DNA from: Thermosulfidibacter sp.
Lineage (GTDB): Bacteria; Thermosulfidibacterota; Thermosulfidibacteria; Thermosulfidibacterales; Thermosulfidibacteraceae
Assembly: GCA_023269715.1 (NCBI GenBank)
Contig: JAGDVO010000001.1
Location: 33,532 to 97,531, forward strand
Direction: 5' to 3'
Length of the DNA stretch: 64,000 bases
The notes under the pieces are model-generated. The model made no database searches. It saw only the letters and a program-made list of their open reading frames with translations, and was not told where the DNA came from. The position numbers and the translations under genes are program-made. Of this stretch, positions 55,540 through 64,000 are shown in pieces. Position 1 is the first letter of the stretch; each line of letters starts with the position of its first letter.

Positions 55540-56996
55540 TAGCCAAAAAAGACCTTAGCGGAAAGATCCGCGAGATTCATTATAGGAGTGGGATACACAC
55601 CAAAAACTACCGTTAGTATAGCAAGTAGAAAGATGGCGATCTTCACTGAAAGTGGTTGAAGAAGTGGTTCATCAGCTACAGGTTCTTCGAGGTACATAGA
55701 CCTTGCTATCTTGAAATAATAATAAAGGGATATAACAGAGGTAACCACAGCTATCACAAGTAACCAATAGAAACCGGCCTTCAGTGCAGCAGAGAATATT
55801 AAAAACTTCCCAACAAAACCAACAGTTGGTGGTACTCCTGCAAGAGAAAGAAGGAAAACGACCATAACTAAGGCAGCAATCGGGTCCTTCTGAGCAAGTC
55901 CACGAAAGTCTTCCAACCTATCCCCTACTATGTTTTTTCTCCTGAGATAAATAACAAGCGCAAAAGCACCTATATTCATGAATGAGTATGCAAAGAAATA
56001 ATATACAAGAGACGAAACACCAAGTTCGTTAAAAGAAAGAATACCCATAAGCATATAGCCTGCATGGGCAACCGAGGAATAGGCTAACATCCTTTTAACA
56101 TTATCCTGAACAACAGCTGTAACATTACCTATTATCATAGTAAGCGCAGAAAGTAGCCATAAAACAGTCTGCCAATAGGGGGCGAAGAAAGTAAAGCCCT
56201 CAAAATACACCCTTAAAAGAGCAGCAATCGCAGCTACTTTTGGAACAACCGAAATGAAAGCAGTAACGGATGTAGGTGCACCTTCATAAACATCGGGAGC
56301 CCAAAAGTGGAAGGGAACCATTGCTATCTCTAAACCCAAACCACAAGCTATAAGTATTATAGCTACAAAAAGTATAGGATTTACACCGTTAATATAGGTG
56401 AATCTAACTATATCAACCAATTTCGTAGATCCTGTGGCTCCATAGGTAAGTGCTATACCGTAGAGGAATATACCAGATACAAAAACCCCCATCAAAAGAT
56501 ACTTTAAAGCAGATTCGGCCGACCTTTCGTTCATCCTTATAAAACCAGCAAGAACGTATAGTGGAATAGCCATAGTCTCAAGACCTATATAAAACATTAT
56601 TAGATCTTTGCTCGAAACCATAACCATCATACCAACAGTGGCGAACATAAGGAGTGCATAGTACTCACCAAGGTTGGAATCTTCCATCTCAAGATACCTA
56701 AGTGAAATGAGAACAACTACAAAATTAGCGACAAAGAAGAACAACTTCATACTTGTGGAGAAATTATCAACACTAAACATATCAAAGAACGTAACTATAG
56801 ATTTTCCTAAGTAACTTAAAGTGACAAAAAATAACACCACAAAACCAAAAAGAGCTATATACCCATTCAAACGCTTTTTCTGCTTAGGAATGAATGGATC
56901 GATCAGTAATATCAAACAACCTATTATAAGTGCTATTACTTCTGGTATTATAGCTGTTATGTCGGGAAACTGTATTCCAGCAAGAAAGTTACTCAT
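55536..56996 (-). CDS. nuoN: NADH-quinone oxidoreductase subunit N
   Basis: 486-aa antiporter-like subunit, last gene of the nuo string. Typical LLAYSSVAHAGYML motif. Confidence 0.9.
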   Translation of the reverse strand: MSNFLAGIQFPDITAIIPEVIALIIGCLILLIDPFIPKQKKRLNGYIALFGFVVLFFVTLSYLGKSIVTFFDMFSVDNFSTSMKLFFFVANFVVVLISLRYLEMEDSNLGEYYALLMFATVGMMVMVSSKDLIMFYIGLETMAIPLYVLAGFIRMNERSAESALKYLLMGVFVSGIFLYGIALTYGATGSTKLVDIVRFTYINGVNPILFVAIILIACGLGLEIAMVPFHFWAPDVYEGAPTSVTAFISVVPKVAAIAALLRVYFEGFTFFAPYWQTVLWLLSALTMIIGNVTAVVQDNVKRMLAYSSVAHAGYMLMGILSFNELGVSSLVYYFFAYSFMNIGAFALVIYLRRKNIVGDRLEDFRGLAQKDPIAALVMVVFLLSLAGVPPTVGFVGKFLIFSAALKAGFYWLLVIAVVTSVISLYYYFKIARSMYLEEPVADEPLLQPLSVKIAIFLLAILTVVFGVYPTPIMNLADLSAKVFFGY

Positions 56997-58594
56997 CTTT
57001 TTACCTCCTTACCATCAGTAAGGAAGGATAATGCAGCATTCATCTTAGAACTATCCATTGATACATTAACACTAGAAGTCCTCATATTTACATACTCAAC
57101 AAGATGGTTTACAGAAGCTTCCATTATCTTAAAGAAAGGTTTCGGGTAAACTCCTATCCATATGAAGAATATAACAAAGGGTATCATGTATACCCATTCG
57201 CGTAGTTTCATGTCAGGTAAATACCAATTCTCCTCTATTGCTATAACACCAAACATAGTTCTCTGATAGAGCCAGAGCATATAACCCGCACCAAGAATGG
57301 TACCAGTTGCCGCAAAGAGAGCATACAGCCAATTGGCCTTAAAAACACCAGCAAGACAAGTAAACTCACCTATAAAACCGTTAAGACCAGGCAAACCTAT
57401 AGATGACAACATCGCAAACATGAAGATCACTGCAAATCCAGGCATTACCTTGGATATACCACTATACTCCCTGATCAACCTGGTATGCCTTCTCTCGTAA
57501 AGGATACCAACGATAAGGAATAAGGCTCCTGTAGAGAGACCGTGATTAACCATCTGAATTATACTCCCCATTATCCCAGTAGGATTAAACATGAACATGG
57601 CTAACATTACAAGTCCCATATGAGAAACAGAAGAGTAAGCTACGAGTTTTTTCATATCTTCCTGAGCTAAGGCACACAGAGCTCCATAGATTATAGCTAT
57701 TATGGAAAGTATAGCTATAAATGGTGCAAAGAATTTACTCGCCTCTGGAAAGAAAGGAATAGGAAACCTTAGAAAAGCGTATGTTCCAAGCTTAAGGAGA
57801 ATAGCGGCAAGGATAACAGAACCAGCAGTTGGAGCCTCGACGTGTGCATCAGGTAACCATGTATGGAATGGCCACAGAGGAACCTTAATCGCAAAGGCAA
57901 GGAAGAAGCCCAAAAATAACCAAAACTGGTATTTCATCGGAATATCGTTAAGATAGGCTAACCACTTAACATAGTTAAAGCTCCATTCTCCAGTCTTCGC
58001 ATGGTACATAAAGTACATTGCAATTATACATATGAGCATAAAAACACTACCGAAGAATGTATACAGGAAAAACTTTATAGCAGCGTATAGCTTCCTTGGA
58101 CCACCCCATATACCGATGATGAAATACATGGGGACAAGCATAACCTCCCAGAACACATAAAAGAGGAACATATCAAGAGCACAAAAAGCACCTATCATAC
58201 CAACAGCGAGAGCAAGTAAAGCTATGTAGTACTCCTTCTCCCTCTCCGTTATGTACTCATAGGAACAGAGAACACAAACAGGCATCACAAAAGTAGTGAG
58301 AAGAACAAGCAGGATACTTATACCATCGATACCCATGTAATATTCCACACCCAGCTTATCAATCCAAGGAACTCTTTCAACAAACTGGAACTGCCAGGTT
58401 CCCCTATCAAACTTAAACCATAGTACGAGAGACACAGCAAAGAGGATCAACGCCCAGAAGAAAGAAAACCATTTTATAAAATTAGTCTTATCTCGCGGAA
58501 CAAATAGTAGTATGACCGCACCCACTAAAGGGAAAAAGGTTACAAAGGATAGAATAGGAAAACCCAAAGTGTTTGAACCAAACTGTAACTCCAT
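56993..58594 (-). CDS. nuoM: NADH-quinone oxidoreductase subunit M
   Basis: 533-aa antiporter-like subunit. WLPDAHVEAPTAGSVILA and KKLVAYSSVSHMG. Confidence 0.92.
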   Translation of the reverse strand: MELQFGSNTLGFPILSFVTFFPLVGAVILLFVPRDKTNFIKWFSFFWALILFAVSLVLWFKFDRGTWQFQFVERVPWIDKLGVEYYMGIDGISILLVLLTTFVMPVCVLCSYEYITEREKEYYIALLALAVGMIGAFCALDMFLFYVFWEVMLVPMYFIIGIWGGPRKLYAAIKFFLYTFFGSVFMLICIIAMYFMYHAKTGEWSFNYVKWLAYLNDIPMKYQFWLFLGFFLAFAIKVPLWPFHTWLPDAHVEAPTAGSVILAAILLKLGTYAFLRFPIPFFPEASKFFAPFIAILSIIAIIYGALCALAQEDMKKLVAYSSVSHMGLVMLAMFMFNPTGIMGSIIQMVNHGLSTGALFLIVGILYERRHTRLIREYSGISKVMPGFAVIFMFAMLSSIGLPGLNGFIGEFTCLAGVFKANWLYALFAATGTILGAGYMLWLYQRTMFGVIAIEENWYLPDMKLREWVYMIPFVIFFIWIGVYPKPFFKIMEASVNHLVEYVNMRTSSVNVSMDSSKMNAALSFLTDGKEVKR

Positions 58595-58610
58595 TTCTCA
58601 AACCTCCAAG

Positions 58611-60584
58611 TTAAAATAGTCTTATAAACATGAACACAGTTAGTAAACAAACAGTACCTGCAACAACAAAAAGCATGTAGTTGGAAACAAGACCGGTCTG
58701 TACTCTCCTCAAAACCCTAGCAGAAAGATCCACAACATAACTAGCACCATTTACAGCACCATCAACTATAAACGGCTCGGTACAGTATCTTGTAATCCAG
58801 GCAAAAGCTCTTGAGATCCAAGCTGCACCATTTACAACTCCGTCTATGATCCACTGGTCAAACTTCCAGGAGAAGAAGGCAAGATCAAGAGTTCTATCTA
58901 TAAAGAGTGCAAAGTATAGCTCATCCACCCAGTATTTTCTATAAAAGACTCTATGGAGAAACCACAGTCTTTTTACCCACTCGTTGGGATCGATCAATTT
59001 CTTCATATGCACAATATAGGCTATAAAGATACCGGTTAATCCAACAGCAACAGAAAGGGCAATTAACATGGACTCCGGAATCGCTTTAGCATGCCCTTCA
59101 TTAGCATGATGCACCACATGTATCACAGGAGCCAAAAATTCGCCAAAATAGGTAGTCTCCCCCTTTTTGAGACCGACGAAACCAGCAAATATAGCACCAA
59201 TAGAAAGTACTATAAGGGGAATGGTCATAACGGGGGGTGATTCATGTAGATGTTCTTTTATAACTTTCGGTATCCTCCCTCTACCAAAGAATGTCATAAA
59301 AACAGCTCTAAAAGTATAATAAGCTGTGATACCAGCTGTCAGAGTCCCCAGGAACCAAAGGGTTATATGACCACTGGTAAAAGCATGATGAAGTATCTCA
59401 TCCTTAGACCAGAAACCGGCAAAAGGTGGAATACCTGCAAGGGCTAAACCACCTATTATAAAAGTAAAACTCGTTATAGGCATATACTTTTTTAAACTAC
59501 CCATCAAACGCATATCCAGAACGTCACTCATAGCATGCATAACCGAACCTGAAGACAAGAAAAGTAATCCCTTAAAAAAGGCATGGGTCATAAGATGGAA
59601 GATACCAGAAGCGTATGCACCAACGCCACAGCCGAAGAACATATAACCAAGCTGACTAACAGTTGAATAAGCCAATACCCTTTTCAGATCAAACTGACTC
59701 GTACCTATAGTCGCAGCAAAAAATGCAGTCAAACATCCAATAATGGCTACAACTTCAAGAGAAAGCGGAGCCATGCTGTAAAGCACGTTTGAACGAGCCA
59801 CCATGTACACGCCAGCTGTTACCATGGTAGCCGCATGTATAAGTGCAGACACGGGAGTCGGACCTTCCATAGCATCCGGTAACCACACGTATAAGGGAAT
59901 CTGAGCGCTTTTACCTGTTGCACCAGCAAAAAGTAGAAGTGTAGCTATAGTAACTATCTCTGGTGACAAAGTGTGAGCCTTTGCAAAAACCTCGTTAAAG
60001 TTAAGAGTTCCAAGATAATACCACAGTGTAAACATGCCAAGTATAAAACCATAGTCACCTACTCTATTGGTAATAAAGGCCTTCATACCAGCCTTCCAAG
60101 CGGATTCCCTTTCATACCAGTAACCTATAAGAAGGTAGGAGCAAAGACCAACACCTTCCCAACCAACAAAAAGTAATAAATAGGAACTACCAAGAACAAG
60201 TATAAGCATGAAGAAAACAAACATGTTTAGGTATGTAAAGTACCTTGGATATCCGGGATCATGCCCCATGTAACCTATAGAATAGACATGAATCCAGAAA
60301 GATAGGGTTGTAACGACCATAAGCATAACTGCAGTTAGCTGATCAATCCAAAAAGCGACTTTTACGTTGATATCAGGCGTAATTATCCAATCAAAAAGTT
60401 CAATAAGTGCAGTCTTGCCATTCAAAACATCAATAAAAACAAGGATAGAAAACAACCAGGACAACCCCAAAGCAGGTACTGCAACCCAGTGAGCTTTATC
60501 CTTTATGTACTTGATTCCAAAAATACCATTTATTGTCATGCCCACCAGCGGAAAAACCGGTATAAGCCAAGCATACTCTATCAT
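58611..60584 (-). CDS. nuoL: NADH-quinone oxidoreductase subunit L
   Basis: 657 aa. WLPDAMEGPTPVSALIHAATMV, and a C-terminal extension consistent with the lateral helix. Confidence 0.93.
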   Translation of the reverse strand: MIEYAWLIPVFPLVGMTINGIFGIKYIKDKAHWVAVPALGLSWLFSILVFIDVLNGKTALIELFDWIITPDINVKVAFWIDQLTAVMLMVVTTLSFWIHVYSIGYMGHDPGYPRYFTYLNMFVFFMLILVLGSSYLLLFVGWEGVGLCSYLLIGYWYERESAWKAGMKAFITNRVGDYGFILGMFTLWYYLGTLNFNEVFAKAHTLSPEIVTIATLLLFAGATGKSAQIPLYVWLPDAMEGPTPVSALIHAATMVTAGVYMVARSNVLYSMAPLSLEVVAIIGCLTAFFAATIGTSQFDLKRVLAYSTVSQLGYMFFGCGVGAYASGIFHLMTHAFFKGLLFLSSGSVMHAMSDVLDMRLMGSLKKYMPITSFTFIIGGLALAGIPPFAGFWSKDEILHHAFTSGHITLWFLGTLTAGITAYYTFRAVFMTFFGRGRIPKVIKEHLHESPPVMTIPLIVLSIGAIFAGFVGLKKGETTYFGEFLAPVIHVVHHANEGHAKAIPESMLIALSVAVGLTGIFIAYIVHMKKLIDPNEWVKRLWFLHRVFYRKYWVDELYFALFIDRTLDLAFFSWKFDQWIIDGVVNGAAWISRAFAWITRYCTEPFIVDGAVNGASYVVDLSARVLRRVQTGLVSNYMLFVVAGTVCLLTVFMFIRLF

Positions 60585-60594
60585 CCCCTGCCCC

Positions 60595-60897
60595 CTACCA
60601 CTTCAGTATATTGAATGAATCTATGTTGATAGACAGTCTGTTCCTAAAGATAGCAACTACTATGGCGAGTCCAACAGCAGCTTCACCGGCAGCAACGGTT
60701 ATAACGAAGATCGGTATTATCTGCCCCGCTATATTTCCGAGACTAGAGGCAAAGCCCACAAAAGCTATATTAACAGCATTTAACATAAGCTCTATACCCA
60801 TAAGAACTATGAAGACGTTACGCCTTGAGAGAGCTCCCCATAAACCTATACAGAATATTATCAAAGAGTATAAAAAGATAACATTGACTGGTATCAT
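60595..60897 (-). CDS. nuoK: NADH-quinone oxidoreductase subunit K
   Basis: 100 aa with three TM segments. [11 protein letters not shown] and [12 protein letters not shown]. Confidence 0.93.
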   Translation of the reverse strand: MIPVNVIFLYSLIIFCIGLWGALSRRNVFIVLMGIELMLNAVNIAFVGFASSLGNIAGQIIPIFVITVAAGEAAVGLAIVVAIFRNRLSINIDSFNILKW

Positions 60898-60900
60898 AGC

Positions 60901-61419
60901 CTACCTCTCAATCCTGTTTTTAGCTAAAACAACTGCACCAACAAGTGCTGCAAGTAGTAGAACGGAAACCACTTCAAAAGGTAATAGAAAGTATGTATAC
61001 AAAACAGCACCTATGGATTCTGTATTACCGCCAATTTGTGCCATCTTGGACGATAGGAACCCACTATAGTTACCATAATAAGCCAAAAGCGAAATAAACG
61101 CTATCTCTAACACAAATAGAATAGCTATGAAGACAGCTATCACCCTTTGACCGAGACTCTGTCTTACCTCATCCGCTTCATCTTTTCTCACAAGCATAAT
61201 CACGTATAACATCAAACCAACTACACCACCCGCATAAACGAGAACCTGAACAGCAGCCAAAAACTCTGCTTCTAGTAAAACGTAATTACAGGCTATGAAA
61301 AAGAAGGTTAAGAGCAAACAAATAGCAGCATGAACAGCATTTCTTCTCGTCACAGTAAGAAGGGCAAAAAGAATAGATAAAACTGCAAATATATAGAAGA
61401 AAATTTCAGTGTAACTCAT
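60901..61419 (-). CDS. nuoJ: NADH-quinone oxidoreductase subunit J
   Basis: 172 aa. [18 protein letters not shown]...[11 protein letters not shown] is typical NuoJ. Confidence 0.9.
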   Translation of the reverse strand: MSYTEIFFYIFAVLSILFALLTVTRRNAVHAAICLLLTFFFIACNYVLLEAEFLAAVQVLVYAGGVVGLMLYVIMLVRKDEADEVRQSLGQRVIAVFIAILFVLEIAFISLLAYYGNYSGFLSSKMAQIGGNTESIGAVLYTYFLLPFEVVSVLLLAALVGAVVLAKNRIER

Positions 61420-61433
61420 AATCTAGCCCCCTA

Positions 61434-61877
61434 TCATTTCTTAAATGTCCTTTCCCACTTCTTGTAATCTTCCTGTAACTTAGCTATATCAAAATGGAGC
61501 CACTCCAGATCGTACTCAGCTCCCTCGTAAAACGATGTAAACTCAAGACCACCAACAGGACATACTTCCACACAGAAACCACAGTATATACACCTTGAAA
61601 AGTCTATATTGAAAACAACAGGATACCTTTCCTTACCCTTACCTTCACCCTTTACCTCTATACATTGAGAAGGACACTCCCTCGCACACATACCACAGGC
61701 AATACACTTAACACCACTTGCATCTTCCTTTTGTGTAAGTCTTATAAAACCTCTAAATCTTGGAAATGGTTGCAGTTTCTCCTTGGGATACTGCACCGTT
61801 ATAGGTTTGGTAAAGAAATAGTAAAAGGTCCTCCTTAGACCCGTTATGAGATCAACCATCAATGCCTTTTTCACCAT
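61434..61877 (-). CDS. nuoI: NADH-quinone oxidoreductase subunit I (2x[4Fe-4S])
   Basis: [12 protein letters not shown] and [12 protein letters not shown] ferredoxin motifs, with the [11 protein letters not shown]-terminus. Confidence 0.93.
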   Translation of the reverse strand: MVKKALMVDLITGLRRTFYYFFTKPITVQYPKEKLQPFPRFRGFIRLTQKEDASGVKCIACGMCARECPSQCIEVKGEGKGKERYPVVFNIDFSRCIYCGFCVEVCPVGGLEFTSFYEGAEYDLEWLHFDIAKLQEDYKKWERTFKK

Positions 61878-62845
61878 CAGTAACCTCCGATGAAGAGAAT
61901 AACCACACCTGTCACAAATATGTTAGCAAGTACAAGTGGTAGCATAATCTTCCAACCTATCCTCATAAACTGATCATACCTGTACCTTGGGAATGTTGCT
62001 CTCACCCATATGAAGAAGTAGATGAATATGAACATCTTTATCAAAAACCACATCCAGCCTGGTAAAATCGGCCCCTTCCATCCAGCAAGGAACACAATTG
62101 TAGCTATAGCGGAAACTATAATCATATTTGCATACTCTGCTAGGAAAAAGTATGCAAATTTCATCCCACTATACTCAGTGTGAAAACCAGCAACAAGTTC
62201 ACTCTCTGCCTCGGGAAGGTCGAAGGGAACCCTGTTTATTTCACCAAGGGCAGCTATGAGGTATATAACGAAAGCAACAGGTTGATAAACTATAAAAGGC
62301 ACACTTTGAGCCTCTACGATCTTCACGAGATCAAGAGAACCAGCTATCATTAGTGGTCCCATTAGAGAAAATCCTAGAAATATCTCATAGGAGAAAATTT
62401 GAGCTGCAGAACGTAAACCACCAAGGAGTGAATACTTACTACCTGACGACCAACCTGCAAGTATTATACCCATAACACCAACAGAAGCTATGGAGAGTAT
62501 ATAGAGTAAACCTATATTAAGCCTTGATATCATGAACTTAGCATCAAAGGGGATAACAGCAAACAGAATAAGAGCACAAACGAGACATAAAATAGGAGCA
62601 AAATAAAAAGTCAACCTATAACCTTCCGTAGGAACTATATCCTCTTTGAAAAAGAGTTTTAAACCATCAGCAATTGGTTGAAGTAAACCATGTGGACCGA
62701 CTCTCATAGGCCCCATCCTAACCTGCATATGACCTATAACCTTTCTCTCGAGATAGGTAAGATAAGCAACAGTAAGGAGGGCAAGGGCAAATACAACTAT
62801 TATTCTAATAAGGGCAGTAAGAATATCACTCATCAACACATCCAT
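61877..62845 (-). CDS. nuoH: NADH-quinone oxidoreductase subunit H
   Basis: [41 protein letters not shown] 62845 lies 6 nt after a perfect AGGAGG; the track TTG 62875 overlaps nuoD by 20 nt. Confidence 0.93.
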   Translation of the reverse strand: MDVLMSDILTALIRIIVVFALALLTVAYLTYLERKVIGHMQVRMGPMRVGPHGLLQPIADGLKLFFKEDIVPTEGYRLTFYFAPILCLVCALILFAVIPFDAKFMISRLNIGLLYILSIASVGVMGIILAGWSSGSKYSLLGGLRSAAQIFSYEIFLGFSLMGPLMIAGSLDLVKIVEAQSVPFIVYQPVAFVIYLIAALGEINRVPFDLPEAESELVAGFHTEYSGMKFAYFFLAEYANMIIVSAIATIVFLAGWKGPILPGWMWFLIKMFIFIYFFIWVRATFPRYRYDQFMRIGWKIMLPLVLANIFVTGVVILFIGGY

Positions 62846-62855
62846 TACAAGCCTC

Positions 62856-64000
62856 CTATCTATCCACTTCACCAAGTACTACGTCTATACTTCCAATCGC
62901 AGCCACAACGTCCGCCACAAGATGTCCCTTACACATCTCCGGTAGAGACATAAGATTGGCAAAAGACGGAGCTCTTATCTTCAACCTATAGGGCCTTTGT
63001 GATCCATCAGAAACTATATAAAAACCAAGCTCACCTTTCGGAGCTTCCACGGCTTGATAAACCTCACCAACAGGAGGTTTAAAAACCTTAGGAACCTTCG
63101 CTTGAACCTCTCCGCCAGGATTTTTCTTTAACCACTCAATACACTGTTTAACTATCTTACAAGACTCCAACATCTCTTTCCTTCTTACAAGATACCTAGC
63201 GTACACATCACATCCATCAAATACAGCAACCTCAAAATCGAGTTTATCGTAAACGGAATAGGGATTTGATCTTCTTAAATCCCAATTTACACCAGAACCT
63301 CTTATGCTTGGACCCGATAATCCGAGTGCTAAACCTTTCTCAGCAGATATCTTAGCAATGTTAACCGTTCTCGATAGCCATATCCTGTTGCTATAAAGAA
63401 GGGCATCGTAATCTTCCACCCTCTTGGGAAATATCTCGCAGAACTCCTCACATCTATCAAGGAAGTAATCGGGTAGATCGTTGGCAACACCGCCTATCCT
63501 GTAGTAGGTAGTTATAAGCCTACCACCTGTCGCCATTTCGAAGAGATCCAGTATCATCTCTCTTTCCCTAAAACAGTAGAGAAATACAGTCATAGCACCT
63601 ATATCAAGCGCATGAGTTGCAAGCCAGAGTAGATGACTGGAAATCCTAGCAAGCTCTGCCATCAGCACCCTTATGTATTCGGCTCTTATGGGAACCTCTA
63701 TGCCAGCAAGTTTTTCAACAGCCAAAACATAACCAAAATTCATAGCAGGTGAAGCAAGGTAATCGAGCCTATCGGTAAGTGGAATAAACTGATGATAAGT
63801 CCTAAATTCTGCTAGTTTCTCGGTCCCACGATGAAGATAGCCTATAACAACCTCCATATCTACTATCCTTTCACCCTGAAGAGCCAGAACTAGCCTCAAA
63901 ACACCATGGGTGGAAGGATGCTGTGGACCCATGTTTATCCACACATCCTCTATCTTCAGGTTCTCGTTAAATACATCACCCTCCTCTAACCTTCCAAAAG
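62856..64000 (-). CDS. nuoD: NADH-quinone oxidoreductase subunit D (N-terminus beyond the window edge)
   Basis: [25 protein letters not shown] and C-terminal DVVLGEVDR. The frame stays open upstream of the track GTG 63944 to position 64000 (..[18 protein letters not shown]..). Confidence 0.93.
   Translation of the reverse strand, partial: FGRLEEGDVFNENLKIEDVWINMGPQHPSTHGVLRLVLALQGERIVDMEVVIGYLHRGTEKLAEFRTYHQFIPLTDRLDYLASPAMNFGYVLAVEKLAGIEVPIRAEYIRVLMAELARISSHLLWLATHALDIGAMTVFLYCFREREMILDLFEMATGGRLITTYYRIGGVANDLPDYFLDRCEEFCEIFPKRVEDYDALLYSNRIWLSRTVNIAKISAEKGLALGLSGPSIRGSGVNWDLRRSNPYSVYDKLDFEVAVFDGCDVYARYLVRRKEMLESCKIVKQCIEWLKKNPGGEVQAKVPKVFKPPVGEVYQAVEAPKGELGFYIVSDGSQRPYRLKIRAPSFANLMSLPEMCKGHLVADVVAAIGSIDVVLGEVDR

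Overview
Visibly AT-rich, very gene-dense chromosomal core region. Almost all gaps are under 100 bp and many junctions are 4-nt ATGA overlaps. The host is a diderm, flagellated bacterium. The K/E/I/V-rich proteins suggest a thermophile, but this is inference and I cannot name the organism. I support 69 protein genes and one tRNA-Phe(GAA). I see no rRNA, CRISPR array, IS element, integrase or prophage.

Gene blocks in order:
(1) Minus strand 1-13742: guaA (cut by the window edge), rplS-trmD-rimM-KH-rpsP-ffh, queH, ruvBAC, yebC and a giant 1527-aa NAD-glutamate dehydrogenase.
(2) A Zn-alcohol-dehydrogenase-family gene on the plus strand.
(3) Minus strand 14835-31697: acyP, fliS-fliD, a GT9 heptosyltransferase, accBC, efp, rpsR-ssb-rpsF, acpS, an unknown FG-GAP-like secreted protein, then fabZ-lpxD-skp-bamA and clpC.
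(4) An amidohydrolase, an M16 peptidase pair with a small Asp-box protein, and uvrB.
(5) Plus strand 38207-42659: polyprenol/DAG-kinase-like membrane protein, PilZ-motA-motB, tRNA-Phe, trxA, ruvX, coaX.
(6) tgt, then a long hflX with a zinc-ribbon partner.
(7) An ArsA/Get3-HSP20 ATPase operon with a 70-aa protein, a glycosyltransferase and an EamA transporter.
(8) A cysteine-free GATase1 homologue overlapping glnB.
(9) A second FG-GAP paralogue, divergent from a YcgR-like PilZ / TPR / lipoprotein operon.
(10) nuoN-M-L-K-J-I-H-D, with nuoD directly abutting nuoH and no nuoEFG between them.

This is mostly an ordinary housekeeping region, and I found no convincing defence or mobile system. The most interesting items are:
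- the Cys-less amidotransferase-PII pair;
- the NMD3-like zinc-ribbon protein coupled to an extended HflX;
- the two FG-GAP paralogues, one sitting in the lpxA slot of the envelope operon;
- the PilZ-MotAB coupling;
- the ArsA-HSP20 operon;
- a probable ATT start for coaX;
- genome-architecture oddities: all six convergent gene pairs overlap, and several promoters look leaderless.

Several ORF-track starts are over-extended TTG/GTG codons. I re-set them where an ATG with a Shine-Dalgarno (SD) sequence or N-terminal homology argues for it.
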